This document shows, one piece after another, positions 23,651 through 37,609 of a DNA stretch of 64,000 nt. Position 1 is the first letter of the stretch; every line of letters starts with the position of its first letter. The notes beneath the pieces are model-generated. The model worked only from the letters and a program-made list of their open reading frames with translations, ran no database searches and was not told where the DNA came from. This DNA comes from Selaginella moellendorffii (taxonomy: Eukaryota > Plantae > Lycopodiophyta): assembly GCF_000143415.4 (NCBI RefSeq), contig NW_003314262.1:6013531-6077530 (forward strand), given 5' to 3'. The position numbers and the translations under genes were made by a program.

Positions 23651-25640
23651 CGCTCGACCTGCGCGAACCAATCGCGCCGCTTGCTAGCTACCCGAGTGTG
23701 TGCCCAATACCTGGCGGGGAAGAGCGAATGGAATGCGCGCCGCCAGCGCCGGTGGAGCGATCTGTGCGTGGCGACACCCTTCACGACGAGTGCGATTCAC
23801 GGCTCGAGTCCAACGCACCACGCCCTGTCGTTTACGGGTTCGAATCCGGGCAGCTTTGGAATTTTAATTGCCCTAGTATAAAACTAGAAATTTTCCTGGG
23901 CGGTTGACAGAGCTTACACATCAACGCCTTTTCTCCATGCCGGATCTTTCCTCCTCTCTTGCACTCGTTCACAGTGTAATCCAAAGGCTGCACATCGCAC
24001 TCAGGGTTTTCCTCCTGGGGGACCCCAGCAAAAACCCTTCAAATCCACACCTGGAAGAAGAAAATTAAACTTTTGCAAGAAAAGTCTAGTATACCTTGGC
24101 CTGTACATTCCTGAAGCTGAGCTTCTATTGGACAATGCATGGGCAGAGCTAGCCCAGAGAAGCAACTGATTAAGCTGGAGCAACTCATGAACCGAATCGG
24201 TCGATGGAGCGAATTCCCGTCACGAATTCCTGCCGCTTGTCCTTGCATTCCAGGCCCAGCTTAGCTATGAGCATCATTTGAGCCGCTGGAGATGCAATAC
24301 CAGCTGCCACAACCATGTCTATCCCGAAAATGAACCTATGATTGTTGGGCCAGCTTTAACAATGGGGATTTTCTGTCACGGCAAAAGAAGACTACTTCGA
24401 AAGCTTGAAAGTTTCAAGAGAACAACAGTAAAGCCTTCGTTAAGAGACATGATGCAAAGTCCTTTAGATCGAATGGCCTCATCTTCGCACCTTGCTCTTT
24501 TAGAATACGCACCACCTGCGAAACAGGAGGAAGAGATTTTTGCCAAACGCTTTGCCCTCCATCTCTGTATCCTCACCACAAAATTTGCCATCTGGCTGCA
24601 AATAAGCCAATGTTGTGCACAGCCGCCACTCCCGACGGCATCAGAACCCCAGCCAGGCGATGATCTCGAGCTGGCTCTCAGGGGAGATGGGTTGACAGGC
24701 CTCTCAGGCCAGGCCCAGCATCGTGGCTCCAATCCGGACCCTTGACGCTGATGATCGTGTGAGTGCACGCAGTAGAACTCCCCCAAAACATTCATACACT
24801 TTTTCCCACAACCACTTGATCATACTTACTTTGCTTATTAAATTTAATACCAAAAACAGAAAACTAAAAGGTAAAAATTAAAAACTTATCATAGAAATTC
24901 AATGTGAACACATGCCCTATATAAATTTTTCAACCCATGTTATAAGAATAAACTAAGTTATTTGGATTTATAATTAGATTTTCACCTAATTGAATATAGA
25001 TTGAATGGAACAATATTCTTAATACTTTAATTATATTATTTCTTCATTTTTATTTTGTTAACTATATAAAATAATATTATTATTTTTACTTAAGACAGCT
25101 AACTAATAATTTCTTAGAAGCTCATAAGTATTTTTATGTCTCAACTTTTCCGACTAATTAAGCAAAACCCAAAACCCAAAACTCAAAATTCTGGTATAAA
25201 TTGTTATTAAGTTCTTATTATTAACCCTAATATATATAAATATGTATTGATTTTCTATGAATATAAATTTCATTTAATAATATAAAAATATTTTGTTAAT
25301 TAAGTTCTGGCTCCCATGACCCCCACTGCCACTCCATCACCAAACAAATTTTTAGGACCAAAAATCTTGCTCAAATTGCAGGCTAAATAATATAAAAATT
25401 AAGCATTCTAATAAAATATATAAATGTAATCTATTAAATAATTTAATAGTTTAAATGTAAAACAACTCCATATTTATTGAATAATACTGTTAATATAAAA
25501 TTTATAATTTATAACATTTTTCAAAATAGTTACATTTAAATTGATAATAATAAACACATTTAGTTATCATACATATATTGATATCACTTATCTACTAACT
25601 CTTTAAACTTTAACCATAAACATAAATATTAAACCTTGAA

Positions 25641-28600
25641 AAATGTGCATATCAATTAACATAAAAACTTAGCTTATATACAAAAGCAAGTGATCCAAAT
25701 TAAAACTAATCCGATAGCTACCAAAATCCCACTATGCTAATATTAATATACAACATTACAGCCATACATTTGAACCTCATGTCATCCCCTCCTTTTGGAA
25801 TGATGGAAAACTATTAGGGTTTTTTTATGGATTTATAAATGGTGTTAATTGTTCCTAATCCCTTTGTATGAAACATTTCAATTGTTACCACATGAACAAT
25901 TTCTAGAGGATCAGCTTACTAAATGTTATGTCAAACTTTATAAACTTGCAATCTAATTTGCTGCAACATATAATGTGATCCTTTCCACTAAGCAAGGAGC
26001 CCCTTAGATAAATATGTGTGGACCATACTTGAGTTCACAAGTTGAAGAGTTGAGCTTGTGAGTTGAGCTCAAATTTCAATTGTAGTTTAATAAAAATATT
26101 ATAAACTTTAAAATATTAAGGTTATGGCGAACTTAATGATTTCATAACTCTCTACACATTATATAAATAAAAATGTTCTAAAGGACACTTTTTGTTCTAA
26201 CATTGTATAGTCAAAGACAGACTTATTCACACATTGCTGAAATTGGAACAAGTTTTACACAAGATATTGCAAAAGAACCTCCTAAGAGAATATGTTTCTG
26301 AATGTCTGGAGAAGAGTGTCAAAGTCTTCCTTCTCCTCTACCTCTAGTGTAAGTACTCATCGTCGTATACAACTCTGTATTGATTGAGTGAATGCCTCAC
26401 ACTTAGTTACATTATCCTTGTTGGCATAGTAAGAAGAGAAGGCTACAAGGTGATCTTCCACTAAAATCCTCATTCTTGGCTCAAAGAAGGGGAGTTTGAG
26501 ACTGTATTGCAACACATGCACTATTGGCATGGGTGGCGGAGGTGGTGGAGGTTGCTACGCTATCCTTTGTTGATTTGCAATTACTGGTTGGTACTTAGGA
26601 TCTTTAGAAGTGTCTCTAAAAGTGATGGATTTGCAACTTGAGGAAAAATTTGAGATGGGGATACACTATGCTAATCTAGTAACTTGGTATCTGTAGTGGA
26701 TGGTGAACCCATGCTGTCCAACAAGGTTGTGTGATAATCTAGCTCTTATTGAAGCCTAAAGAACTTTTCATAAATATGGGGAGCCAAAAGAGAACCAAGA
26801 ACTAGTTACTTTTCTATACTCCTTATGCATACAAGCATGCAATATATAAAGTGTAGCAAATGCCCAGTTATGGGATAAGTTCAAAGGTAACCCCAAGCAA
26901 AAATAAACTACTTGTGAGGGTAAAATATTTGTTACACACTCTAGGACACACAAGAAAATAATAAATACCTCAACACTTTCTCTATATAACTCTATACTTA
27001 AGAAGTTGTGGAAATTACCTCCTCTTGACTAAATATTGCTTAAATAATAAAGGAATGGGCAAATTGTAAAGGGTATTCACTCACAAACACCCCTTTGAGC
27101 CTTAAGATAAGTTTATAACAAAAGACTTCATAACAAAATTAATGAAAGAATAAAATCCTTTCACACAACCTAAACAAAAAAACACCTTAGCAGAAAATAT
27201 GCTCAAACTTGCAATCAAAAGCATTGAAATTTATAAGACTAGATGCAAATGAAGCTTAAGACTATGCAAAATCTTTTTTTAGAAGTAACTTTCACAAAAA
27301 ACTTGAAGAAATTCCTTCACTTCTTTCAATCATGGCAAGTACTTACCTCAAAAGAAAAATTTAATAGATCTTGTAGCATAAAGCTTCTAAAATCACACCT
27401 TTGGGATTAGGAAAAAGCTCTTCACCTCTTCTATAGTTTTATGTAAAAAGAGATAGGAAATTTCATCCCAAGAAATGGCAAGAACCTTAGAAATTCCTCA
27501 CGCTTGAAATAAACAAGCGTAAGAGAAAAATTGCTCCAAATCACTCCAAACTAACTCAAATCTTGTATGCAAACATTTGAAAGAAAGCCCATGAGTAGAT
27601 TTAGCAAAAGAGCCCAAAAAAGACTGAAATAGTGGTGTATCCACCTTGTGATAAACTTCCAAAATTGCTACTATGTCTGTCATAGAGAAATGGAAGTTGC
27701 TTCTAAAATCTATCTAGCATCAGTGCCATTACCAAAATTGAGATTTTTCAAGAATTTACTCCAAAACCCCAAAAAGACCAAAGAACCAAGGGGAGGATTA
27801 ATTAGAAAGCAATCTTCCCAATAGAGTTGCCAAATGTTGAGAGGAAAGCCTCTCAATAGTGGGGAAAACACTCTTTTATCCTTTGAAATCTTATTTAAAA
27901 CATATTCTTTTATGAATTCCTTACCCTACAAAATGGGGAAGAAGGGGAATATACCCCTATGCCATAGAATTTCCTCATGCCCCTAGAATATTATTACAAT
28001 AAAATATTCTAAAGAATCTCATTCAACTCTAAGCCATCTTCTAACCCATCGTGAAAAGGTTCACTGATAAAAAAGACCATCCCCACAACATAAAGAAGGC
28101 ATGAAGAAAACATGGAATAAAAATCAAAAACATCATTAGCTGTAAATGATCATCAAGATTCGTCCCCACAAAATAAAGAAGACTGTCCTTAAGATGATAT
28201 TGAAAATGTAAATGCTGAAATAACAAGTCATCAACAAATGATGCAGGATTCTTAAAGCTATTGCGAAGCTTTTGAATCTATGACTTAATCTTTTGAGCTT
28301 TATGAATATCGTCAAAAGAAGGTAAATCTTGCTTTGCACTTTGTAGACACTAAACATCAAAGACAACAACTACTAATGGCACAAAGTCCTTGTCTTTACA
28401 AAAAGGGCATTAGCATTAGCTATAGAATTCTTTGGGCAATAAACAATATCAAAATCATATATCTAAAACTTCAAAACCTACAGAGTAGTACAATTAACTA
28501 AATTCTTCTGTTTCAATAATGAAGTAATTATAGCATGATCACCTTTTAGTAATGTTCAAGAACTATGTAAATATGCATGAAGTTTTTTGAAACCCCAAAC

Positions 28601-31513
28601 TGTTGCTAAACACTCATTTGTTGTGGAATAGTTCACCTCCACTAGTTGTAAAGTATGGCTAATATACAATAGGATAGTGTTGACTAGACACATTTGGGCT
28701 TTTTTGCATCAACACAGCTCTAAGACTAATATTAAAAGCATCTATATGTAAAATGAAAGGTTGGTAGTTAGAATATGCCAAAACTAGAGGAGTTGTCAAT
28801 AGCTCTTTGAAATCTATAAACACTTGCTCATAGTCCATAGACCAGATGAAAGATAACATTCACAATTGCAGCAACACTTGCAACAATGCAGTACGATCAA
28901 AAAGATGATCAACAAAATGACCAAGATATTGTATCTTGCCTAGGAAGCACTACACATCATTCACAGACTTCGGAGTAAATAACTTTAGAATAGCTATAAA
29001 TTTGTCAGAATCAACTTGTAAACCCTCACTCTTTGACCCAAACATGCACTTCAACTGCTTCAACTTTAATCTAATACTTTACAAACATCACGAATGTGTT
29101 CTTCCCATATCCCTTCTAAGTGGATCAAGACATCATCAATAAAATCAGCAATCACTTTCGCCACGTCGCAAAGAACCATCATTCGCTAGAAAGTTGCTGG
29201 AGCATTGTTCAAACCAAACAGCATCACCAATAACTTGTATAAACCAAAAAATATAAAAAAAAATAGTTTTAGGAATATCTTCCTTGGCTATTATCATTTG
29301 CTAGTACCAAAAAGCAAACTTTAATTTGGTGAACTAACAACTTCTCCCCAGACAATCCAAGATATCAGTAGTGTGAGGAAGAGGGTACGTATCCAAGATC
29401 ATCACTTTATTTAACAGATGATAATCAATGTAAAATCCCATCAAACTTTATTACAAAATGAGGTTCACATACCCAAAGACTCTATAACTTTTAAAGAACA
29501 CCATTTTCTAATATCTCTTTGACGTTTGTATGTAAATTCTTGATCTCTTTTGGTAATTGACGACAAATAAAAACCTTGATTAGACGAGCATCCCTAGTTG
29601 GAATAAAATGATGTGTTGTAATCTTGGCCCCAAACAATAACTCAAATTCAAAAAAGATTAGTATATTGCTTCATGAGCCAGTCAACTGCTACAACACAAA
29701 AACTATTCGAAGGATTGGAAGAGGGAATAGAGGAATAAAATAAAAATATAAGAGGAAGTAATAAGGAGACAAAAGTGATAGAAACAAAAGGATGAAAAGG
29801 AATAAAAGTGAGAGGAATGGAAAAAAATATAAAGAAGTATGAAATAAAAGGGAGAAGCCTCAAAATCATACTTGGCATGATTGCATTGCAATTAATCTAT
29901 ACTAAGAATGAGGTCAAAACCTTGACTTGACACCACCCACAATGTTTACAATTCAAGCTTGAGATCACTCACACTCACAACTAGGTCAGCCTCATCTTGT
30001 GCACATCCGTGTGTATGGCTATTGCTATACAAATGAAAATTGTTTCTACCACATGACAGAAATGTAAATGGCAATATGTGGCAATAGGCCGAGTAATACA
30101 AGATAAACTCAAACCTGTATCAACCAACATAGAGAGAATAATAGAAGACTTCTTTTTATAAAAACAAGTTTGGAAAGTAAACACTAGATGAATTAGTGCT
30201 AAGTGAACCCCTTAATGAGACTCCCAAAAAAAAGATGGAAGGGTTACTAATTTATTCACATAAAGACCCTTCATTGCTCGTGTGACATTTTGTTTCCCGA
30301 AAGTATCTCTGTGTTCAAATCTTTCACTGCAGCAACACAAATAGGACATTGTTGATGCTAATGTCTCCACCCAGAAAATGGAGGTTACTAATTTGGAAAA
30401 TGCCGATAATGCCCATAAGTGTGACTGACTTCATCATATACCAGCAATAGACATCATGGCCATAATTACATCCTCACCTTTGTCCTTGAACTTGGGCAAC
30501 ACAGCATCAACCTCTATTAAAAGAGGACTATCTCCCACAGGAAATAAAGTTAAAAGATATGCAACAAGAAGTGAAAGAGGTGACATCTTATAACATTGTG
30601 CTTAGTGAAGAGCATCATCAAGGGTTGTTGGAGGAAATACATACACAATTCCTACAAAATCTTGACAAAGTGTTAGCCACAATATTCCTAATTTAATCTG
30701 CTCTGACATATTAAGTTCCACATGAAGCAAGAGGCTTCGTGATGATGCCTTCCAACAATTGCATCATCTTTGTCAAAGGCCATTTGAGTCTGTGATATAA
30801 TTTAGTGTTCATTCCCATCACAATTGTCAGTATGTTTAAATGTGCATTTAAAGATGTTCAAAAGAAGACTCCAATCCTCATGAGTGGTTGTGCTTAAACC
30901 ATTATATCATTGCATCGCTGTCCCTTGGAGACATGTGGAAAATTCAAACAAATGCCGAGCATCATACCAAAATTGATACGTGGCAATCATTATGAAGTGA
31001 TCAAACCAATAGTATACATCATCCCTAAGATTCCCACAGAATAACTTTGGCCAGCTTTGAGGATTGACAACAAGAGCAGGAGGAATTGTAACACACGTTG
31101 TGAATGCTACTATCAACTAAGTTTGATTATTCAATTGCAACTATATAGCATTGAACAATTGCATCAATTGATGCTTTAGAGTCAAAGGAGGAGGAAGCTG
31201 TTGCTCTGCCATGAAAATGAATGAAAAAAAAAAAAAAAAAAAAAGAAGAAATTGAAAAAACTATAAGAAAAAGGAGATCTAGACAATGCAAAAGCTAAAT
31301 CTAAAGTAGAATCCCAAATCCAAGCACTCCTCAGGGACAATCAAAGCTACCCCTCACATCCACCAACGTGAATATGTAGAATATAGAAATGGAATACGGA
31401 AATGTGTATATCAATTAGCCCAAAAACCAGATCGAAACAAATTTGATAGCTACCAAAATCCCACTATGCTCATATTAGTATACGGCATTATAGCTGTACA
31501 TTTGGGCCTCACA
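25641..31513 (-). mobile_element. Degenerate Ty3/gypsy LTR retrotransposon (old family, copy 1)
   Basis: LTRs at ~31367-31513 and ~25641-25781. PBS-like TGGTGGATGTGAGGGGTA at ~31348-31365 resembles the complement of a tRNA-Ala 3' end. PPT AAAAGGAGGGGA. Relics of gag (PKLFCGNLRDDV..W), protease (VDTG), RT and RNase H (PLVLAY..PFILHIDA). Confidence 0.8.
26950..28220 (-). mobile_element. Possible highly decayed LINE RT relic nested in the gypsy element
   Basis: An HL.ANDV.LIF-like string near 28125-28150 resembles the L1 motif HL.FADD.L.F; no gypsy homology was recognised over this block. Weak evidence. Confidence 0.3.
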
Positions 31514-31559
31514 TATTTAAATATAACATAGAATAAATTTGATGAACTCAATAAAATGC

Positions 31560-32545
31560 TAAATATGTTTGGAGCATATTCTTTTAGATAATGGTCTCGC
31601 ATTTATGGCTGAAGCATTTCACGTTTTGACATCTCAATTAGGGATACACCACACTTTTACAAGTGTTTATCATCCACAATTAGACAGTTTGGTGGAACGA
31701 CTCATTCTGACCTTCAAAAGGATAATCACGAAGTACATAAACTTTCAGCATTCGGATTACGATTGTTATTTGCTATCTCTTTGGTATGCATATGTCATAA
31801 GGGTGCAGAGTTGTATTAGTGATTCACCATATAAACTTCTATATGGTCATAATCCAATACTACAAACGGAATTGAGTTTACCTTTGCAATTGCCACAAAC
31901 TGCTAATGTTAAATCGTATGATCAATATTTGATGAGCATTCTTCCACTTATTTGAGCAGAGTTTGCTGAACACTTGGATCATATATAAGTGGGATAACAA
32001 CAATGCTACAGCTCCCATCATTGTTCACCTTTGGAGTACAAAGTGGATGACTTGATATTAGTTTGTTCCCAATTTTGCGGTATATGGTTTATCTAAGGGG
32101 CTCTGTGCTCAGTGAAAAGAAGTGTTACAGCAAGTTGGACTGCAATTTTATGAAGTTTGGCATGATATCTAGCAAGCCAATCCTCCAGAAATTATATATG
32201 TGCAACAGTTGAAATGCTTTATACAAAGGGATCAAGAACAGTTAATTCCATCTATAGATCCACCAATCCCTCCTCCTAATGTTCCTTTAGATTCTAGCCT
32301 ATCCATGAGAGAACTTTAGCGGTCTTCCATCATTCTAAGAGGTGGGGATTATGTGAGGTCTAAATGTATAGCTATGATGCCATATATTAATATTAGCATA
32401 GTGGGATTTTGGTAGTTGTCGAATTAGTTTCAATTCGGACCACTCGCTTTTGTATATAAGCTAGGGTTTTTGGGCTAATTGATATGCACATTTTTGTATT
32501 CTCTTTTCATATTCTATACACTTATACATATTCTATACACTCACA
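31560..32545 (+). mobile_element. Old gypsy family, copy 2: integrase relic, PPT and 3' LTR
   Basis: ILLDNG..F..TSVYHPQLD..VER; purine tract AAGAGGTGGGGA; LTR TGTGAG...TCACA at 32352-32545, the reverse complement of the LTRs in copy 1. Confidence 0.8.
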
Positions 32546-33729
32546 ATGCAAGTTAGACAGAATAATATATTTTATTAAAAAATTATTTAAATTTTATTAT
32601 AATTTTTTTTCCTACAGGAAATATAAATTTTTATTTTGGTTTAGAATACACTCATTCTAATCCTTTGGAAATAACATATATAAATATTATGAACTCTTTA
32701 ATTTATATAATTTCCTAATAATATGTGAAATTTTTTTAAAAAAATTAACTTTATTTTTTATTTTTTTATTTTTTTAGAATTTAACTACTATATATTTCCA
32801 AAGTGCTAAATAATTCTCTAGTTTGACATTTAGTACTAAATAATAAGTTACAATGTAAGCATATATTTATTCTATTTAGATATAAATAATTGCTAAGTGT
32901 CATAATAAATATACAATAGTAGTTATTCAGAAAATAAATGAGCTTGTCAATATATATATTATTCACAATGAACTTTATATTACAACCCATATAAATAATA
33001 TTATTTAATTTATTGATTAAGGCTAAACTGATATTGCAATAAGAGCATTTCTTTTGAAAACCTTTAAAAGTATAAATAAGTTTTTTGGATATGTAAAATA
33101 TATTAAAATATTCTTTAATTTTTAAATGTCATCATTCAAGTAAGTTTCACAACTTGGCATAGGTGTCCTTTTATTATTAGTTCAGATTTTACTAGTTAAC
33201 TTGATAATAACACAAATAGATAAAACTAGCAAGCTTAAAACTTCAATGCAAAATATATTAGCAAGGTCTAAACCTAATTACTGTTTAATTTCTAATCCAA
33301 TAAAATGTCCTAGAGTATACTTTTTAAATATTCACGTCAGAAGTGTGTCATACATACCCCACAGGTTGGTGAGATTCATGGATTTATTATTCTCGAACAA
33401 GAGTCTAGAGGACCCACAGACCTCCAAACGAATCAGATCGGTCCACTGTGAGTTATCAAAGGCGTTTCTTGTATAAAATATTTCAGACATCCACAGACCC
33501 AGTAGGCAATGCAAGCTTTCCCGCCCACCCAGATTAGCAACAAAACCATCCAAGAAATTACAAGGACATGAAACAAACCAAATCAACAAGATCAATAGCA
33601 TACAGCAACACCATTCAATCAGAAAAAGAAAGAGAAAAACATGGCACGCGAATTGTCTCTCCCCCGTACGCTAGTACGGCGGACACGAACCAGTGATTGA
33701 TCCCACAGTGATCCACTCTGTTTTTTTTC

Positions 33730-35123
33730 TCAGGCATCAAAAGCTTGATGAGATTCCTGCAGTAGCGCCGTGGGCTTTTGGAACTGGAAGAGATCGCTGA
33801 TCCCGCCCACGAACCTTTGCTGCTGGTAGTGGCGCTGATGATCCGGATCGCTGTGATAGAGCTGTAGCTGGAACGACGATTCATCCACTTTCATGGGCTT
33901 GTTGTGAGCGATCATCGAGCTCGCGACCGGCGGCGACGGCGACGACGAGGAGCAAGACCCCCACTGCTCGGAGGCTGACAGAAGAGAGAGAGCATCGCTT
34001 GTGGTGGGATGATTGATCGCCCCGGGCTCCAGCGGCGACGCCATCACGATGGATGATTTCGCGACCGGGGATGGAGATTGGGAGGAGGATGGCGGCGATG
34101 GCGATGAGGCCGCTGCGTGGCATTTGAGGAACTGGTACACGCCGTGGCTGGCGATCATGTCCTGCTTGGATTTGAGCAAGAAATTGGAGTGATTGTAGGC
34201 CGCGAGCTGATCGTATCGGCAAGAGGAAGACGAGGGCCAGTTGTTCTTGCTCACGATGAAGCTCCCATCGAGCAAATGCTGTGGAGGATTCATGAAATTC
34301 CCTGCCAGCCAATTCTCTCATCGAGATGAGTGCCAAGAAGAAAAGAAACAATCACTCACCGGAGGAGGAGAATCCCAAGATCGAGGAAGGGATCACGAAT
34401 GGATCGGGCGGAGGGGGCTTCCTCCGCCGCTGGTTGTGACCCGCCAAGCGCCGCCGGCAGCTCCTCTTTCCCTCGTCGAAATACCCCAATCCATGGAACC
34501 TACGAACAGGGGATTCACAAAGATTGATCAGCGAGAGGGAGAGGCGCGCAATCCTTCGATCCGAGCTGCGAATCCACACAGACCCAACACGCCCAGATCG
34601 AGGCACTCACAGACCTACTACATTGCTGGCAGAATCGCTGCTCCTGCCCCTTGACGATGCTCTTGGGCGCCTTGGAGTGGAGCTCGCAAACGCGGTGCCG
34701 CCGGTGGTAGCCCTTGGATCCGCTCAAATCCGCGCCGCAGCCATCGACCTGGCATCTGGGCGTCGCCGCCGGCTGCGCTACGCCCCGCTGCTTCTTCCTC
34801 GTCGGCGGGCTCGCGACGATCGCAGTAGCAGCACTGGTTTCTTGCGGAGCACTCGCGGTCGGAGCTCCATTTGGCGAGTCCTCGAAGTAGATCCTCTTGC
34901 CCAGCTTGAGACCCATAGCGCTGGGCGAGCTCGAGGTGGGCGGCACGACCATCGAATTGCCCGCATTGTGCTGCTGCTCCTGCTGCTGCTGCTGCCTGGA
35001 CGAATTCACCGCCGCCACCGCCGTGGCCGCGACGATCCCATCGCTCATCAAGAGGCTGGTGCTGCTATTGTCCCACCCCCAGGACGATGGAGAGGACGAT
35101 GTCGGTGCCCAGCAAGCGGCCAT
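33730..35123 (-). CDS. SPL: SBP-box (SPL) transcription factor (3 exons: 35123-34615, 34499-34360, 34301-33730)
   Basis: [33 protein letters not shown]|FH....[21 protein letters not shown]; also GLKLGKR and ALSLLS. Confidence 0.96.
33976..33995 (-). promoter_or_regulatory. miR156/157 target site
   Basis: ATGCTCTCTCTCTTCTGTCA within the ALSLLS codons. Confidence 0.92.
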
Positions 35124-35969
35124 AGCCAAGAGCTTGGTCGGGAACGAACGAACGAAAACGACGGCGCGACAGAAGGCTGGTTGACTGCCCGGTGGGAGGT
35201 TTGAACGCTCCCTACCCCATCGAAGAGCGCGTATATATACGCCGTATGGTCGCCATGATAGAAAGGTGTCAAAAAAGATTCGCTTTCAAGAAAAAAGGCG
35301 ACCGGGGGTTCGAATGCGGCGAGGACCGCAGCAATCTCGACAGTCCGATCGGGGCCACGCGTGTTATTCCCGGACGTCGATCGATTGATGTGGTAATAAG
35401 GAACACGTGCCCCAAATGACCATCGCCATCCCCTGCCCAAGGAAAAGGAAAGCCTAAAGAAAAATTTGGCCATGCTTTTGGTCGGTATGTGGCTTTACGA
35501 ATTAAAAGGATTGATATCGATTCTCGATCTATGATCTTGGTTTCTTCCCCTGGGGTGGGTCTCATGAAACTGATTGAAAGAAATGGCATAGCACTTGGGC
35601 TGTGTAAAATTCGCAAATCTGGCGATGGGATGGCCTTAGGGTAGGGATTGTGAGATTAGGGCATGAAAATGTGTGCCATGGTCGGTGATGGTGCCTCTTT
35701 TCAACGCGACAGGGAAATCGCCCCCGACCCCCGCTGCCCCAATCTCCAACCAATTGGGAGGAAATGGCGCGATTTGGAGCCATCCATCGATGGTGGATCC
35801 TCTTGCATTGTTTCCTGCCACTCCATGTGGTGGATTCACTGATCGCTCCCCAAGTCAATCAATTTGCCAGTGTCAGTGGGGAAGAAAGGGGGAGAGAAAG
35901 CTTTATCGCCTTTAAAAAGATTTTTGACTGTAGCGCGGGAGATGAAGTGGCGCTTTGGTGATAGTGCGA

Positions 35970-36082
35970 CCACGTCAGCCCTAATAAAACACCGACTACG
36001 TCAGCGGGGCTAAGTGACGTGGCAGTTTGCTGACTGTGCGCGCACGTCAGCCATAGAGGTACAGCGGGGCTAGGTGACGTGG
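35970..36082. promoter_or_regulatory. Cluster of five bZIP TGACGT elements (three TGACGTGG) immediately upstream of GNA1
   Basis: CCACGTCA at 35970, TACGTCA ~35997, TGACGTGG 36015, CACGTCA ~36043, TGACGTGG 36075. Confidence 0.65.
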
Positions 36083-36103
36083 ATTTCAGGGTTTGTGCAG
36101 ACA

Positions 36104-36866
36104 ATGGAGGGCCTGGAGCTGAGGCGATTGGAGCGAGGTGACTTTGACAAAGGTTTGGGGATTTTTGCGATTTTAAAAGCGCTTGAATCTGCCGATCTGG
36201 TGCTGCGATAGGATTCCTCCAGCTAATGCAGCAGCTGACCGTGGTTGGAGATGTCTCGAGGGGAATGTTTGATGGTATGATAGAGAAGAATTTCGGTCTA
36301 AACGCTTTGTTTTGATTCTAGCGAAGATGCAGCAGCTGGAAAAGCTTGGAGACTATCATAGGATTGTTGTGATCGAAGGTAAAAATACTCTCTGGAAACT
36401 TTGCAGCTTCTCCGCTTTCGATTTTTTTGTTGTGTAGATGTGAAATCCGGCCGGGTTGTGGCCACCGGTAGCATTTTTATCGAGCACAAGTTTGCTCGGA
36501 GCTGTGGAAAGGTGATCTTTCTCTTCTTCTTTCTCTTGTAAATGCTTTTCATTTCTATCAGGTGGGACATCTAGAAGATGTTGTCGTGGATGAACGTATG
36601 AGAGGGTGTCACTTAGGCCAGAGGTACTTATATTTTGCTCTATCAATCTTTGCTCAACAATCACAGCGCAGAGTGATCGAAGCTCTCACCAGTTTCGCAG
36701 AGGATGCTGGGTGTTACAAGGTACCTTGCAATCTTCTTAGAGCTTTTATCAACTGGGAATGCATATATATGCGCAGGTGATTCTCGATTGTAAGCCCGAG
36801 AACGCTGCGTTTTATGAAAAGTGCGGGTACTCCAAGAAAGAAATCCAGATGGCAAAGTACTTTTAA
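36104..36866 (+). CDS. GNA1: Glucosamine-6-phosphate N-acetyltransferase (multi-exon)
   Basis: LRRLERGDFDKGFLQLMQQLTVVGDV; IEHKFARSCGKVGHLEDVVVD..RG; GCYKVILDC; FYEKCGY; QMAKYF*. Confidence 0.94.
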
Positions 36867-36875
36867 AGTTGGTGA

Positions 36876-37442
36876 TCACGGCTCCATCGCTCGACCAACG
36901 ACCATCTCAATCTCATCGCCTTCTTCTTCTTCGCCAACACCGGACACCCTGCGGCAGTGATCCAAGTTAAGAGCAGGTGCAAAAACGCTCAAAACGCGCA
37001 AACCTGCGGGACGTTATCTTGATCCGGCCAACGTCGAGCTTAGCGATGCGAGAGAATGCCTCGATGGAGAGATCAAACGAGTTTGCGTGACATCCGGGGC
37101 ACAGGTCGACGACTCTCACCTTGACAGTGGGAGTTCTCGAACAGCCTCCGGAGCCGGACACAGCGCCTTTGCAAGTTATCTCGAAGTAAGCCCCGCACAG
37201 CGCTTTGTTTCTAAACAGGTCCTTGCTTGCTGCAGCAATGAGATTTCCCGGCGGGAACTTGCTCGTGTCGAAGCCATAGCAGGACGAGGCTGCAGTGGCT
37301 TGTGAGAACACTTTCTGGAAGAAGAAATGGAGATTCACTTACGAACGTATGGGCTGTAGAATGTTGCTTGGCCGCTTTGAGCCAGTGCTGGCGCGACTAG
37401 CACGGCGACGATGGTCGAGAGCGAGAAGAGGAGAGAATTCAT
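36876..37442 (-). CDS. Secreted EG45-like / plant natriuretic peptide-like (DPBB, expansin-related) protein (3 exons)
   Basis: Signal peptide MNSLLFSLSTIVAVLVAPALA; G.ATFY.PY.PSSCYG; IAAAS..LF....CG; V.VVDLCPGC...FDLS.EAFS.IA..DVGRI; acidic last exon. Confidence 0.88.
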
Positions 37443-37609
37443 GTTTGGCTGGGTCTATCTTAGGCACGACTTATAGCCCGAGAGGACTTTGGATCGAAGT
37501 CGATCACGTCTCTTATGTCACTGTGCCTTCACATGGTGTTTCTGTGCTTGGCAAGACGTGACTCGCAAAGAATTATTAAATGGAGGAAAGCTTACACAAA
37601 AAATCTCTT

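Noticed and set aside
23950-24800. Gene-like composition and 139-155 aa ORFs upstream of the CASPL gene
   Set aside because: No recognisable domain or coherent exon chain; may be a gene relic.
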